This document shows positions 49,622 through 61,584 of a stretch of 64,000 nucleotides of DNA, in pieces. The notes beneath the pieces are model-generated. The model had not been told where the DNA came from and did not search any database. It worked only from the letters and a program-made list of their open reading frames with translations. Both the position numbers and the translations under genes were made by a program. The DNA is from Verrucomicrobiota bacterium. GTDB taxonomy: Bacteria; Verrucomicrobiota; Verrucomicrobiia; Verrucomicrobiales; JBCCJK01. The stretch lies in assembly GCA_039027815.1 (NCBI GenBank), contig JBCCJK010000003.1:11603-75602 (forward strand), given 5' to 3'. Numbering within the stretch: position 1 is the first letter of the stretch; every line of letters starts with the position of its first letter.

Positions 49622-51505
49622 ATGCCCCATCCCGCTGACACGGGAGCTCAGGTCGGGTCTTCTCACGCTGCCACTCTTCTCCTTGCGGCCGACGGCCAGA
49701 TCCAAGGAATCGACGACCAAGCTTCCGCCCTTCTCGGTTACGACCAACGAGAATTTCTTGGAAGGACCCTCCCCACACTCTTTCCCCAGCTGGAAGGAGA
49801 AGGCCATGCCCCAACGAGTGGGGGCACCTCTCCTCCCCCTTCCACCTCCTTCGAAACAATCGCCCATCGCAAAGATGGCTCCTCCATTCAGCTCGAATGC
49901 ACCATTCGCCCTTTCGAGAGCGCAAGCGGACCTCAGCGACTCTTCTCATTCCGTCCTGCCAAAAGTGAGCGCTCTTCCCTCGATAATCTTGACTACCACT
50001 TCGATCTCTTGGAGCAGGCGGAAAAAATCGGCAAAATTGGCCATTGGCGGATCGATCTCAAAAACAACGAAGTTTTTTGGTCGAAAGAAATCTACCGGAT
50101 CCATGGAGTGGATCCCGAGACCTATCAGCCTCAACTGGCCGAGGCGATCAATTTCTATCATCCAGAGGACCGACCGTCCATCCAGGAAAAGGTCCACGGA
50201 TCGATCGAATATGGAAGTGATTTCACATTCGAAGCCCGGTTGCTCCAGCCAGATGGTTCCGAACGGATCGTCCGCTCCTCTGGTCGTCGCGCCACGGAGG
50301 AGGACCAGGATGCCGATTTCATTATTGGAGTCTTTCAAGACATCACCGATCTGAGGAAGGCCCAGGATCAACTCATCGAATCCGACTACATCAAGAAAGC
50401 GCATGCCGATGCCACCAATGACGGCCTCTGGGATTGGCACTTGCAGGAAGACTATGAATACATGTCTCCTCGCTTTTGGAGCATGCTCGGCTATGCGCCG
50501 GAAGAGAAAACTCATTCGCCCAAGGAATGGCAGACACTCATCTTTCCCGAAGATCTCAAGCTCGCCCTAGAATGCTATGAAAAGCACGTCGCAAGCCGAG
50601 GCCAACATCCCTTTCATTTGGAGGCTCGCTATCCTCACAAAAACGGATCGACGATCTGGGTCATTTGTCGGGGAGAAGTCATCGAATGGGCCGAGGACGG
50701 GACGCCCCTTCGCATGATCGGGACCCATACCGACATCACGTCCTTCAAAGAAACCGAGATCGAACTCCGTGCGGCCAAGGCGGAATTAGAGGAATTTGCC
50801 TACCGCACCTCGCATGACCTTCGCTCCCCCCTCGTCTCCTCCCTGGGTCTTCTTGGTCTCATTGAGGACTGCTTGGAAAATGATGAAATGGAAGAGGCCT
50901 TGGAGGGAGTGGACCATATACGCAAGTCCCTCAAGAAACTGGAAGCCTTGGTCAAGGATATCCTCGCACTCACCGCCACCAAAACCGTGGCTATTCGGAA
51001 CGAGCCTCTCAATTTGGGTTCCCTCATAGACGAAGCGATTGAGAGCATGGCGCATCTCAAGAACTTTGATCGGCTTCGCATCATTCGAAATTTCAGCTAC
51101 CACGGAGAAGTTTTCCTCGACCGAAGACGTCTGACACTCATCCTCGAAAACCTGATTTCCAACGCCATCAAGTATCAGGACCCAGAAGAAAAAGATCCCT
51201 ACATCTGTTTGTCCATTAAAAGGGTGGAAGGACAAATCGCCATTCAAGTTGAGGACAATGGCTTGGGAATCCCTCCGGAACACCACCCCGATTTATTCAA
51301 GATGTTTCACCGCTTCCATAGCCAAGTCTCCTTTGGCTCTGGCCTGGGTCTCTACATGGTGAAAAAAAGCGCCGAGCTGTTGAGCGGCACGCTCACGTTT
51401 GCCAGCCGCGAGCAGGGAGCATCCTTTCGCCTCACTCTGCCCATGGAAGCGCTTCCGGAGACGCCCAAATCCCTTTTTGAACCCCTCAAAAACCAACTGT
51501 CATGA
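49622..51505 (+). CDS. multi-PAS sensor histidine kinase
   Basis: Three PAS/PAC-like repeats (for example HWRIDLKNNEVFWSKEIYRIHG), a HisKA H-box AYRTSHDLRSPL, and HATPase N and G boxes (NLISNAIKY, DNGLGI, GSGLGL). Confidence 0.85.
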   Translation: MPHPADTGAQVGSSHAATLLLAADGQIQGIDDQASALLGYDQREFLGRTLPTLFPQLEGEGHAPTSGGTSPPPSTSFETIAHRKDGSSIQLECTIRPFESASGPQRLFSFRPAKSERSSLDNLDYHFDLLEQAEKIGKIGHWRIDLKNNEVFWSKEIYRIHGVDPETYQPQLAEAINFYHPEDRPSIQEKVHGSIEYGSDFTFEARLLQPDGSERIVRSSGRRATEEDQDADFIIGVFQDITDLRKAQDQLIESDYIKKAHADATNDGLWDWHLQEDYEYMSPRFWSMLGYAPEEKTHSPKEWQTLIFPEDLKLALECYEKHVASRGQHPFHLEARYPHKNGSTIWVICRGEVIEWAEDGTPLRMIGTHTDITSFKETEIELRAAKAELEEFAYRTSHDLRSPLVSSLGLLGLIEDCLENDEMEEALEGVDHIRKSLKKLEALVKDILALTATKTVAIRNEPLNLGSLIDEAIESMAHLKNFDRLRIIRNFSYHGEVFLDRRRLTLILENLISNAIKYQDPEEKDPYICLSIKRVEGQIAIQVEDNGLGIPPEHHPDLFKMFHRFHSQVSFGSGLGLYMVKKSAELLSGTLTFASREQGASFRLTLPMEALPETPKSLFEPLKNQLS

Positions 51506-51876
51506 ACGTTCTGATCATCGAAGACAGCGAACCCGATCAATTTCTCTTCAAAAAAACCATCGAGAAGCTCTATCCCAAAGTGGTCCTAACCCAGGCGTTC
51601 GATGGCAAACAAGCGCTCGAAATGATCTCGCAGATGGAGGAGCCGCCTGATCTCATTTTTCTCGATATCAATATGCCCGTTATGAATGGCCACCAGTTCT
51701 TGGAGGCCTATGCTCAAGAAGTGAGTCAACAGACCGTGGTCATCATGCTGACCTCCTCCGAGCAGCAGAGTGATATCGAGAAAACCACCCGCTATGAGTT
51801 CGTGAAGAATTACTGCATCAAACCGCTCAGCCGGAAAAAGCTCATGGAAATCCTTGAAGATTTCGAGGTCTCGTAA
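51502..51876 (+). CDS. stand-alone response-regulator receiver protein
   Basis: ATGA overlap with the kinase stop. VLIIEDSEPD, LIFLDINMP (phospho-Asp) and a conserved Lys near the C-terminus (CIKP). Confidence 0.8.
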   Translation: MNVLIIEDSEPDQFLFKKTIEKLYPKVVLTQAFDGKQALEMISQMEEPPDLIFLDINMPVMNGHQFLEAYAQEVSQQTVVIMLTSSEQQSDIEKTTRYEFVKNYCIKPLSRKKLMEILEDFEVS

Positions 51877-51965
51877 CCAGCTATTTGAGAAACTAGAATC
51901 GGTTCGAATGCTAGGCCAGATTCCGCTTTGGCGATCGTCCGCGAGAGGGCTAGGCTTCGCTCGCC

Positions 51966-52565
51966 ATGCTTCTCGATCTGGAAAACGACCACGCCGCTGC
52001 CGCTTACAAAATTCTCGCCAGTGTCGTGACACCCCGACCCATCGCCTGGGTCAGCACACTCAATCAAAACGAGACCGTCAACTTGGCTCCCTTCAGCTTT
52101 TTCAATGTGCTGGGAGCCAATCCTCCTTTGGTCGGGTTTGCGCCGGGAGACAAGAGCCCGGGTCTTCCCAAAGACACGGCCCTCAATATCCGGGATCGAA
52201 AAGAATTCGTCGTCAATCTGGTGGACGAACCTTTGGCGGAAGCCATGAACCGTTCAGCCGATGCTCTGGCCTACGGCGAGAGTGAGCTGAGCGCCTGCGG
52301 CTTGCATCCCGCGCCCTCGGCAGGCCTACTCACCCCCCGGGTGGCGGAAGCGCCCGTCGCTTTGGAATGCCGGGAATGGGGCACCCTGCAAATCGGCGAC
52401 AACCGGCTGGTCTTGGGACTGGTCGAAAAAGTCCAGGTCCGGGAGGGCCTCTTCCATCCCGAAACCCTCACGCTCCAGCCGAATCGCTACTACCCGATTG
52501 GCCGCATGCAGAGCCCCGCTTCCTACTGCCGGACGGGGGACCAATTCGAGATGACGCGTCCTTAA
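51966..52565 (+). CDS. flavin reductase-like FMN-binding domain protein
   Basis: VTPRPIAWVSTLNQNETVNLAPFSFFN is the typical split-barrel flavin reductase N-terminus. Confidence 0.7.
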   Translation: MLLDLENDHAAAAYKILASVVTPRPIAWVSTLNQNETVNLAPFSFFNVLGANPPLVGFAPGDKSPGLPKDTALNIRDRKEFVVNLVDEPLAEAMNRSADALAYGESELSACGLHPAPSAGLLTPRVAEAPVALECREWGTLQIGDNRLVLGLVEKVQVREGLFHPETLTLQPNRYYPIGRMQSPASYCRTGDQFEMTRP

Positions 52566-52618
52566 AACCGGCCAAGCTCGGGCTCGACTTTTGCGCAAAC
52601 ACGCCGCATAGCTTCCCC

Positions 52619-53740
52619 ATGTCCTTCCTGCGCCTTTGGCCCCTCTTGTTCTTGCCTGGTTCTCTCGTCGCTCAGGCACCCGAGCCGGGTGCTCCCGCCA
52701 CCTTGGACATCGATTCGATCACTCCGGAAGAAGAACAATATGCCACCTCCTTTCTGGGCGATGTCGTGAGCGGCGGGGCGGGACTTTTGGGCGTGGAGGA
52801 AGACGCTTACCTCACCTTCTATCTCGACAATGACCTCTTCGGTGGCACCGACGAGAATTACACCAACGGAGCCCGCCTCAGTTGGATTTCCAAGAACCGC
52901 CCGCTCTCCGACGTGCCCTTCATCCAGCGTCGCCTGGGCGATGTCCTCAATGGCATGGGCGGCTCGCCCTGGAAGTTCAACTACGGCTTTTCCCTGACGC
53001 AGCTCATCTTCACCCCCTCTGACCCCGACCCCACCGCCCTCATCACAGACGACCGCCCTTATGCTGGCTGGTTGGCGGTTGGCTTCTCGGTCCACGCCAA
53101 GACGGAACGCGTCCTCAACAGCCTCGAGGTGACTCTCGGCACCGTCGGCCCCAACTCCTTTGCGGAAAACGCCCAAGACCTCATTCATGACGTTCGGGAC
53201 ATCCCAAAATTCAATGGCTGGGACAACCAACTTCGCAACGAGCCCACCCTCAACCTCCACTTCCGTCAAACCCACCGGCTCCCCGGCCGGGAATTTGGCC
53301 ACTTCGGCCTCACTTGGCTGGGATTCTGGGGGGCCGACCTCGGGAATGTGATCGTCCGCGGAAGTGTCGGCTCGGAAGTCCGCTTTGGCTACAATCTACC
53401 GAGCGACTTTTCCGCAGATCGTCTCACCGTGACGGCCTACACCAACCAGTTCTTCGACGAGGACGGGATCAACTACCAGAACGTAAGCCCCTGGAGCGTC
53501 TTCTTGCTGGGCGGCTTCGAAGGAGGGGCCATCGCTCACAATATTTTCTTGGATGGGAACACCTTCGTGGACAGCTTCAGTATCGACAAAGAACCCTTGG
53601 TTGCAGACATTTACGCCGGGTTCGGCATCCGTTACAGAGACCTGCGCCTGAGCTACGTGCAGACCTTGCGGACCAAGGAATTTGAAGGCCAGGACGAAGA
53701 GCAAATCTTCGGCTCGCTCAGCCTCAGTTTGAGTTTCTGA
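52619..53740 (+). CDS. lpxR: outer-membrane LpxR-family (DUF2219) lipid A deacylase-like protein
   Basis: Signal peptide, then FYLDNDLFGGTDENYTNGARLSW, the DUF2219/LpxR signature. Beta-barrel-like C-terminus ending in F. Start at ATG 52619. Confidence 0.55.
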   Translation: MSFLRLWPLLFLPGSLVAQAPEPGAPATLDIDSITPEEEQYATSFLGDVVSGGAGLLGVEEDAYLTFYLDNDLFGGTDENYTNGARLSWISKNRPLSDVPFIQRRLGDVLNGMGGSPWKFNYGFSLTQLIFTPSDPDPTALITDDRPYAGWLAVGFSVHAKTERVLNSLEVTLGTVGPNSFAENAQDLIHDVRDIPKFNGWDNQLRNEPTLNLHFRQTHRLPGREFGHFGLTWLGFWGADLGNVIVRGSVGSEVRFGYNLPSDFSADRLTVTAYTNQFFDEDGINYQNVSPWSVFLLGGFEGGAIAHNIFLDGNTFVDSFSIDKEPLVADIYAGFGIRYRDLRLSYVQTLRTKEFEGQDEEQIFGSLSLSLSF

Positions 53741-53790
53741 TTGCCGGCGAAAGAGCCACGCATCATGGTGCGCCTCCTTCCTCAGCAATC

Positions 53791-55104
53791 ATGGGCAAAC
53801 TCATTCGCATCGGCCTGGCCGGACTCGGAAACGTCGGGGCGGGCGTTTACAAAAACCTCGAAAAGAACCGCGAAATCCTCATCGACCGCACGGGCTTCGA
53901 GCTGAAAATCGCTCGCATCGCCCTTCGCGATCCCGACCGCCCTCGGCCGATCGCCTACGATCGTGGCCTCGTCACGACCGACTGGCGGGAACTTCTGAAC
54001 GACCCCGAGCTCGCCATTATCGTGGAACTGATCGGCGGCACATCCGAGGCGAAAGAGCTGGTCGAAGCCGCCATCCGGGCCGGCAAAACGGTGGTCACGG
54101 GGAACAAAGCTCTTCTGGCCGAACATGGCCAGGAAATCATCGCCCTGTCCGAAAAACACAAAGTGCCCCTCTACTTTGAGGCAGCCGTGGCCGGCGGCAT
54201 CCCCATCATCAAGGCCGTCCGCGAAGCCCTCGTAGGCAACCGCATCACCTCCATCTTCGGCATCCTCAACGGCACCTGTAACTACATCCTCAGCCGCATG
54301 ACGGACGCCGGATTGAGTTATGAGGCGGCGCTCGACGAAGCCCAGGAAAAAGGCTACGCCGAGGCCGACCCCACTCTGGACATCAATGGAATGGACGCCG
54401 CCCACAAGGCCATCATCCTGGCCTGGCTCTCCTACGGAGTTTGGGTCAAACCCGAAGAGATTCTCGTGGAAGGCGTCGACTCCATCCGCGCCAGCGATAT
54501 TTTCTATGCTGCCCAGCTCGGCTACATCATCAAGCTCTTGGGCGTCATCCGGAAAGACGAGCGAGACTGCATCGAAGTTCGCGTGCAGCCCACCCTCATC
54601 CCCGAAGAACACATCCTGGCCTCGGTCAATGGCGTCTTCAATGCCCTCGCCGTGACCGGAGACGTCGTGGGAGAGACCCTCTTCTATGGCGGCGGGGCCG
54701 GGATGGACGCCACCTCCAGCAGCGTCATCAGTGATTTGGCCGACGCCGCAGGCCATCTCCCATCAGGCCACGGGAACGAAGGCTTCGTTCCCCAAGGCGT
54801 CTACGGCAGCGCCATGCCGAGCGAGGAAATCACCTGCGAATTCTACCTTCGGTTGGCGGTGCAGGATCGCCCAGGCGTCATCGCCCAAATCACTCGCGTG
54901 CTGGCCGATCACCGCATCGGAATCCGCTCTCTCGTCCAACCGGTCGCCGAGCCGGAAGAAGGACAGGACGCCGAACTCATGCTCATGCTCCACCGGGCCA
55001 AGCATGGCCAAATGAAACAAGCTGCCCAGGAAATCGCCGCCCTCGATTGCACGCTAGCGCAACCAGTCCTCATGCCAGTCGAGAGCCTGGGGCAGAAAGC
55101 CTGA
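53791..55104 (+). CDS. hom: homoserine dehydrogenase with C-terminal ACT domain
   Basis: GLAGLGNVGAGV Rossmann motif, FEAAVAGGIPII and GILNGTCNYIL. Confidence 0.9.
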   Translation: MGKLIRIGLAGLGNVGAGVYKNLEKNREILIDRTGFELKIARIALRDPDRPRPIAYDRGLVTTDWRELLNDPELAIIVELIGGTSEAKELVEAAIRAGKTVVTGNKALLAEHGQEIIALSEKHKVPLYFEAAVAGGIPIIKAVREALVGNRITSIFGILNGTCNYILSRMTDAGLSYEAALDEAQEKGYAEADPTLDINGMDAAHKAIILAWLSYGVWVKPEEILVEGVDSIRASDIFYAAQLGYIIKLLGVIRKDERDCIEVRVQPTLIPEEHILASVNGVFNALAVTGDVVGETLFYGGGAGMDATSSSVISDLADAAGHLPSGHGNEGFVPQGVYGSAMPSEEITCEFYLRLAVQDRPGVIAQITRVLADHRIGIRSLVQPVAEPEEGQDAELMLMLHRAKHGQMKQAAQEIAALDCTLAQPVLMPVESLGQKA

Positions 55105-55147
55105 CGGACCAGAGTGCGCAAGCCGAGGCCTGCCACCCCCAAAGCCA

Positions 55148-55828
55148 TCAGAACGGCCCCTGCAAGGAAACCACCCCGAAGTTGCGGCTGAAGCGCTGGC
55201 ACCAGATCGAGAGCACGGGATACTCCGCCGGATCCAGCTCGCCTTCCAGCTCATAGGTCTGATTGCCGCGGTTCCCCTTCAAGCGGCCCAAGCGCACGAA
55301 CTGTCCCTCGGAAACAGCCTTTTTCACGACCGAGTTCTCCGTGCTGTCGGTCTTCACTCCATAGAGAAACAAATCCGGCCCATTGGTCACTTCGAAGTCC
55401 ACCAAGGTCAAGCTGGTGACTCCTTGAAAGCGGCTGAGGTAGGCCTTTCCGGAAATGCTATAGGTGCTGTCTCCTTTCACGAAAGAACCGCTCCCCAAAA
55501 GAACCGGTTGAGGCTCGGGTTGCTTCTCGGGCACGGGCAGGGGGGCCGGCTCCCTCGGAGTCCCTTCCAGGGCGGGAGAGATCGCTTTTTCAGGCATCTC
55601 AGAAGCACCGGGCTCGGTCGGCGACTCCGCCGGAGTCTCTTCCTCAACCACCACCGGCCCCTCTTCCTGCAAATCCTCTTGGGCGGAAAGCGCCGCGATG
55701 AAATCAGGCACCTCCTCATTCACCTCCTGATCGACGAAGAGCGACTGCACCCCGAAAAATCCAAAGGCCAACCAGCCCACCAAAGCGAGGCCGCCCACAA
55801 TCAGCAAAAACTTGAAACCCGAGTTCAT
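55148..55828 (-). CDS. membrane-anchored DM13-domain protein
   Basis: N-terminal TM helix, a Pro/Glu linker, then a DM13-like block GSFVKGDSTYSISGKAYL...LTLVDFEVTNGPDLFLY. Start at ATG 55828. Confidence 0.5.
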   Translation of the reverse strand: MNSGFKFLLIVGGLALVGWLAFGFFGVQSLFVDQEVNEEVPDFIAALSAQEDLQEEGPVVVEEETPAESPTEPGASEMPEKAISPALEGTPREPAPLPVPEKQPEPQPVLLGSGSFVKGDSTYSISGKAYLSRFQGVTSLTLVDFEVTNGPDLFLYGVKTDSTENSVVKKAVSEGQFVRLGRLKGNRGNQTYELEGELDPAEYPVLSIWCQRFSRNFGVVSLQGPF

Positions 55829-56041
55829 AGAATCGCAGCCTAGCACGCTCTCGTGCTGGAACGAAGGAAAGACCACTGAGCGCCAGAAATCGACAAAGGA
55901 CCGCAAGTTCCTGCCACCCCAAGTCAGAGCGCGAACAGCCACCAAAGAAAGGCCGCGAAACCTTCATTGCCCGGGGGAAGCCCCTGTGGCAAGACCGAGG
56001 GGACGTTCTCCTTAAAAATCGACCAGCCACGTCTCCTCGGA

Positions 56042-57406
56042 ATGCACTTCGTCAGCACGCGCAGCCACGCCACCCCTCTCTCTTTCACCGACGCCTTTGC
56101 CGCCGGTCTGGCGCCTGACGGCGGGCTCTACCTGCCCGAATCCCTTCCCCAGCTTCCCTCCTCCCTCCTTCAGGCGGGCGTCCGCACCCCCTACCCGGAG
56201 CTGGCCTTCGAGTTCCTCCGGCTCTTCGACCAATCCCACTCCGAAACCGAACTGCATGATTTGGTGGCCCGTTCCTACGCCAGCTTCGAGCATCCCGAGC
56301 GAGCCGCGCCCCTCGTTCCCCTGACTGAAGACCTCCATGTCCTCGAACTCTTTCATGGCCCAACCCTCGCCTTCAAGGACTTCGGCCTCCAGTTGGTAGG
56401 CCACCTCTTCGAAGACCAGATCCGCCGCACCGGCCAGCCCATCCACGTGCTGGGCGCCACCTCGGGGGACACCGGAGCCGCCGCCATTCACGGCCTGGCT
56501 CACAAAGCAGGGGTCAAGGTCTTCATCCTCTTCCCAAAAGGCCGGGTCTCCCCACTCCAAGAACGGCAAATGACCTGCACGGGGGCCGAAAACATCCACC
56601 CCATCCCCATCGAAGGCTCCTTCGATGACGCCCAGCGCATCGTCAAAGAACTCTTCGGCGACCTCGAATTCAAAAAAGAAGCGGCCCTCTCGGCCGTCAA
56701 CTCCATCAACCTGGCCCGCGTCCTCGCACAGTCCATCTACTACCTGGCCGCCTGGCAACAACTCCCGCCCAGCCAGCAAAAGGCACCCAACTGGATCGTT
56801 CCCACGGGCAACTTTGGCAACATCCTGGCCGGCTGGCTGGCCTACAAAATGGGCCTGCCCGCCAAGCGCTTTGTCATAGCCACCAACCGCAACGACATCC
56901 TCCATCGACTCTTCACCCAAGGCCGCTACACCCCCGGCGCCGTTCACCCCAGCCTGGCTCCCAGCATGGACATCCAGGTCGCCAGCAACTTTGAGCGCTA
57001 CCTCTTCTTTCTCAACCAGGGCGATCCCGAAAAAACCGCCTCCCAGATGAAGCAGCTCAAAGAAGAAAACGCCCTCGTGCTGCCAGACTTCGATCCCGAC
57101 ATCTTCACCGCCACCAAAAGCAGCGATCAAGACATCCAGCGCCTCATCGCGGAAGTGGACCAGAAATACCACTACCTGGCCGACCCCCACACCGCCTGCG
57201 CCTTCCAGGACTTGCCCGAAGACGCGCCCAACGTCATCCTCTCGACCGCCCATCCAGCCAAATTCCCCGACACCATCGAGCAAGCGCTTGGCAGCCGCCC
57301 CACGCACCCCACTCTGGAAGCCCTCCAGGCTCGCCAGCCTGTCACCTATGAAGTGGGAAGCGATGCCTCCTCCATCCGGGAGTTCATCCGCCAATCGCTC
57401 CCGTGA
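56042..57406 (+). CDS. thrC: threonine synthase (long form)
   Basis: MHFVSTRS...GLAPDGGLYLP N-terminus and the PLP-lysine context HGPTLAFKDFG. Confidence 0.9.
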   Translation: MHFVSTRSHATPLSFTDAFAAGLAPDGGLYLPESLPQLPSSLLQAGVRTPYPELAFEFLRLFDQSHSETELHDLVARSYASFEHPERAAPLVPLTEDLHVLELFHGPTLAFKDFGLQLVGHLFEDQIRRTGQPIHVLGATSGDTGAAAIHGLAHKAGVKVFILFPKGRVSPLQERQMTCTGAENIHPIPIEGSFDDAQRIVKELFGDLEFKKEAALSAVNSINLARVLAQSIYYLAAWQQLPPSQQKAPNWIVPTGNFGNILAGWLAYKMGLPAKRFVIATNRNDILHRLFTQGRYTPGAVHPSLAPSMDIQVASNFERYLFFLNQGDPEKTASQMKQLKEENALVLPDFDPDIFTATKSSDQDIQRLIAEVDQKYHYLADPHTACAFQDLPEDAPNVILSTAHPAKFPDTIEQALGSRPTHPTLEALQARQPVTYEVGSDASSIREFIRQSLP

Positions 57407-57534
57407 TCCGGGCGTCTCCTGTCTGGCTGGCCGTGGCGGACCTCACTCGCTCCCTGGGCTGACTGAAAAGAGCCGCTCCACCTCGATCCTGGTCACAGCC
57501 TCATTCCAGAGGTGATACCAGCGGCCCTCCTCCT

Positions 57535-59124
57535 TCATTCGATGGCTTGCAAAACCTCAAACGACCCCTGGTCTTGAAAGACCCGCCCAAAGCGATCTGT
57601 CACCCGGACTTCCACCTCATGCGTGCCTGGCTCGAGGCGATCCGCTCGGATGCGGGCCGTCCAGAGGTGAAAACACTCTTGCGGAGCAGGGAGCGGTCTG
57701 CCCGGCCTAGGCGCTTCATCGAACTCGCGCTTGAGAGCGAGGTAAGCGTAGGACGGATCGATCCTTTCCGAGCGCCGCGCGCTTCGCCAGCTCTCGCCAT
57801 CCACGCGGAACTCCACCTTGGCCTGCTCCGAGCCGTTGAAGAAATTGACGGCTAGATTGACCGAAGTCCGCCCCCCCGCATGGACCGCCTTGGTGAGATG
57901 CACGTTCATCTGGTAGTCAGCCGGGGCATTGGCTACCTTGTAATCATACCGGTATTCATTCCCTTCAAATTGCAGGATGGCATAGCCATTCGGGGTGCCA
58001 TCTCGCATAGTCGTCTCCGGAATACCGCGCTCATCCAAGGCCCCACCCCACCAGCTCCCACTGGTGGTCCCCACATTGTAATGATGATGGGGGGCCTGCA
58101 CATGCGGCCAATGGTCATGTTCATGATGAAAGAAATGATGACGCTGCATGTGGGTGTGAGCCGAGAGAGAAAGAGTGTGGGGATGCTTCTCAAAAAGGGC
58201 GAAGAAGCGCTTCCGATGCTCATCCAAGAAGGTGTCGGCATAATCCTCATCGAAGAGAGGAATATGCATCATACTCAGGATGAGATGGTCTTCCGGGACA
58301 TGCTTTAGGAGATTCGCTATGAAAGTGATTTGGCGATCCATGAAACCTCCTACATAGCGGTTCTGCGTGTGGTGATTCGGGTAGAGCACATTGTCGAGCG
58401 CCAGGAAGGTGACCTTCCCAATCTGAAAGGCATAGGTGGCGGGGCCAAAAATCCGCTCGAAGGTCTCGTCGGCTAATTCCTCACTGGCCGCGTCGAAATT
58501 CATGTCGTGATTGCCGTGGATTTGCCACCAGGGGAGGCCCATCTGGGCAATGGCGGCCGTCATCGGCTCATAGAGATCGAGATCATCTCCCACGATGTCG
58601 CCCAAGGTGACTCCCCCGACCGGTCCCTCCACCAGCTTGGCCTCTTCCACGATGTCTCGCCGGAAGAACTCGACCTGTTCCTCACTGTAAGGCTGCGGAT
58701 CCCCAAAGGCGAAGAAAGAAAACTCCTCCCCTGCCTCGCTCCGCGTGAGCGGGAAATGGATCGACTCCGGAAGAGGCCCAGTCGGGGGCACCCCCTCAAA
58801 CCGCATCCCCTCCGGCGATCCGGCCGGCTTGTGAATGTGGAAAAACTGAGGCAGATTGCGCTCATTCAGCGGGACCTGCCAGCCACTGGGCTGGATCACG
58901 AAATAGATCACGTCCTCGCCGAGCGGCAGCTCCCAACGCCCGCCCTCGTCGGTCACCACGACCTCCTCTCCATCCGAAACGAGGACCCCGGGCAAGCCGT
59001 CTTCTCCCTGATCGAAAAGACCATTGCCGTTCGCATCGTGAAAGACGGACCCTTGGGCCGGCTCGGCCGCACCGGCAAAAGGCAGCCAAGCCGAGCCCAC
59101 CAGCACCAAAAACAACTTCCGCAT
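57535..59124 (-). CDS. secreted calcineurin-like metallophosphoesterase
   Basis: Signal peptide. GDPQ, GDIVGDD, GNHD and SAHTH metal-binding motifs. Confidence 0.75.
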   Translation of the reverse strand: MRKLFLVLVGSAWLPFAGAAEPAQGSVFHDANGNGLFDQGEDGLPGVLVSDGEEVVVTDEGGRWELPLGEDVIYFVIQPSGWQVPLNERNLPQFFHIHKPAGSPEGMRFEGVPPTGPLPESIHFPLTRSEAGEEFSFFAFGDPQPYSEEQVEFFRRDIVEEAKLVEGPVGGVTLGDIVGDDLDLYEPMTAAIAQMGLPWWQIHGNHDMNFDAASEELADETFERIFGPATYAFQIGKVTFLALDNVLYPNHHTQNRYVGGFMDRQITFIANLLKHVPEDHLILSMMHIPLFDEDYADTFLDEHRKRFFALFEKHPHTLSLSAHTHMQRHHFFHHEHDHWPHVQAPHHHYNVGTTSGSWWGGALDERGIPETTMRDGTPNGYAILQFEGNEYRYDYKVANAPADYQMNVHLTKAVHAGGRTSVNLAVNFFNGSEQAKVEFRVDGESWRSARRSERIDPSYAYLALKREFDEAPRPGRPLPAPQECFHLWTARIRADRLEPGTHEVEVRVTDRFGRVFQDQGSFEVLQAIE

Positions 59125-59235
59125 ACCGAATCCCTATCAGGAGCCATTCCAAGCTGCAAGGAACCTTCCCGACCCGTCCAAAAAGGCCAGCCAGACCTCT
59201 CTGCTGAATCGTGCCGCGGGCCCAGTGGCTTCGCT

Positions 59236-61551
<2,316 letters not shown>

Positions 61552-61584
61552 CTAGGGACAGCGCTCGCAATTTCCGACCCACCC

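Noticed and set aside
59141-59160. A 10-nt match (ccaagctgca) to the repeat's left TIR between the metallophosphoesterase and icd genes.
   Set aside because: It is too short and lacks the flanking ATA and the GAATTGG continuation. Most likely chance.
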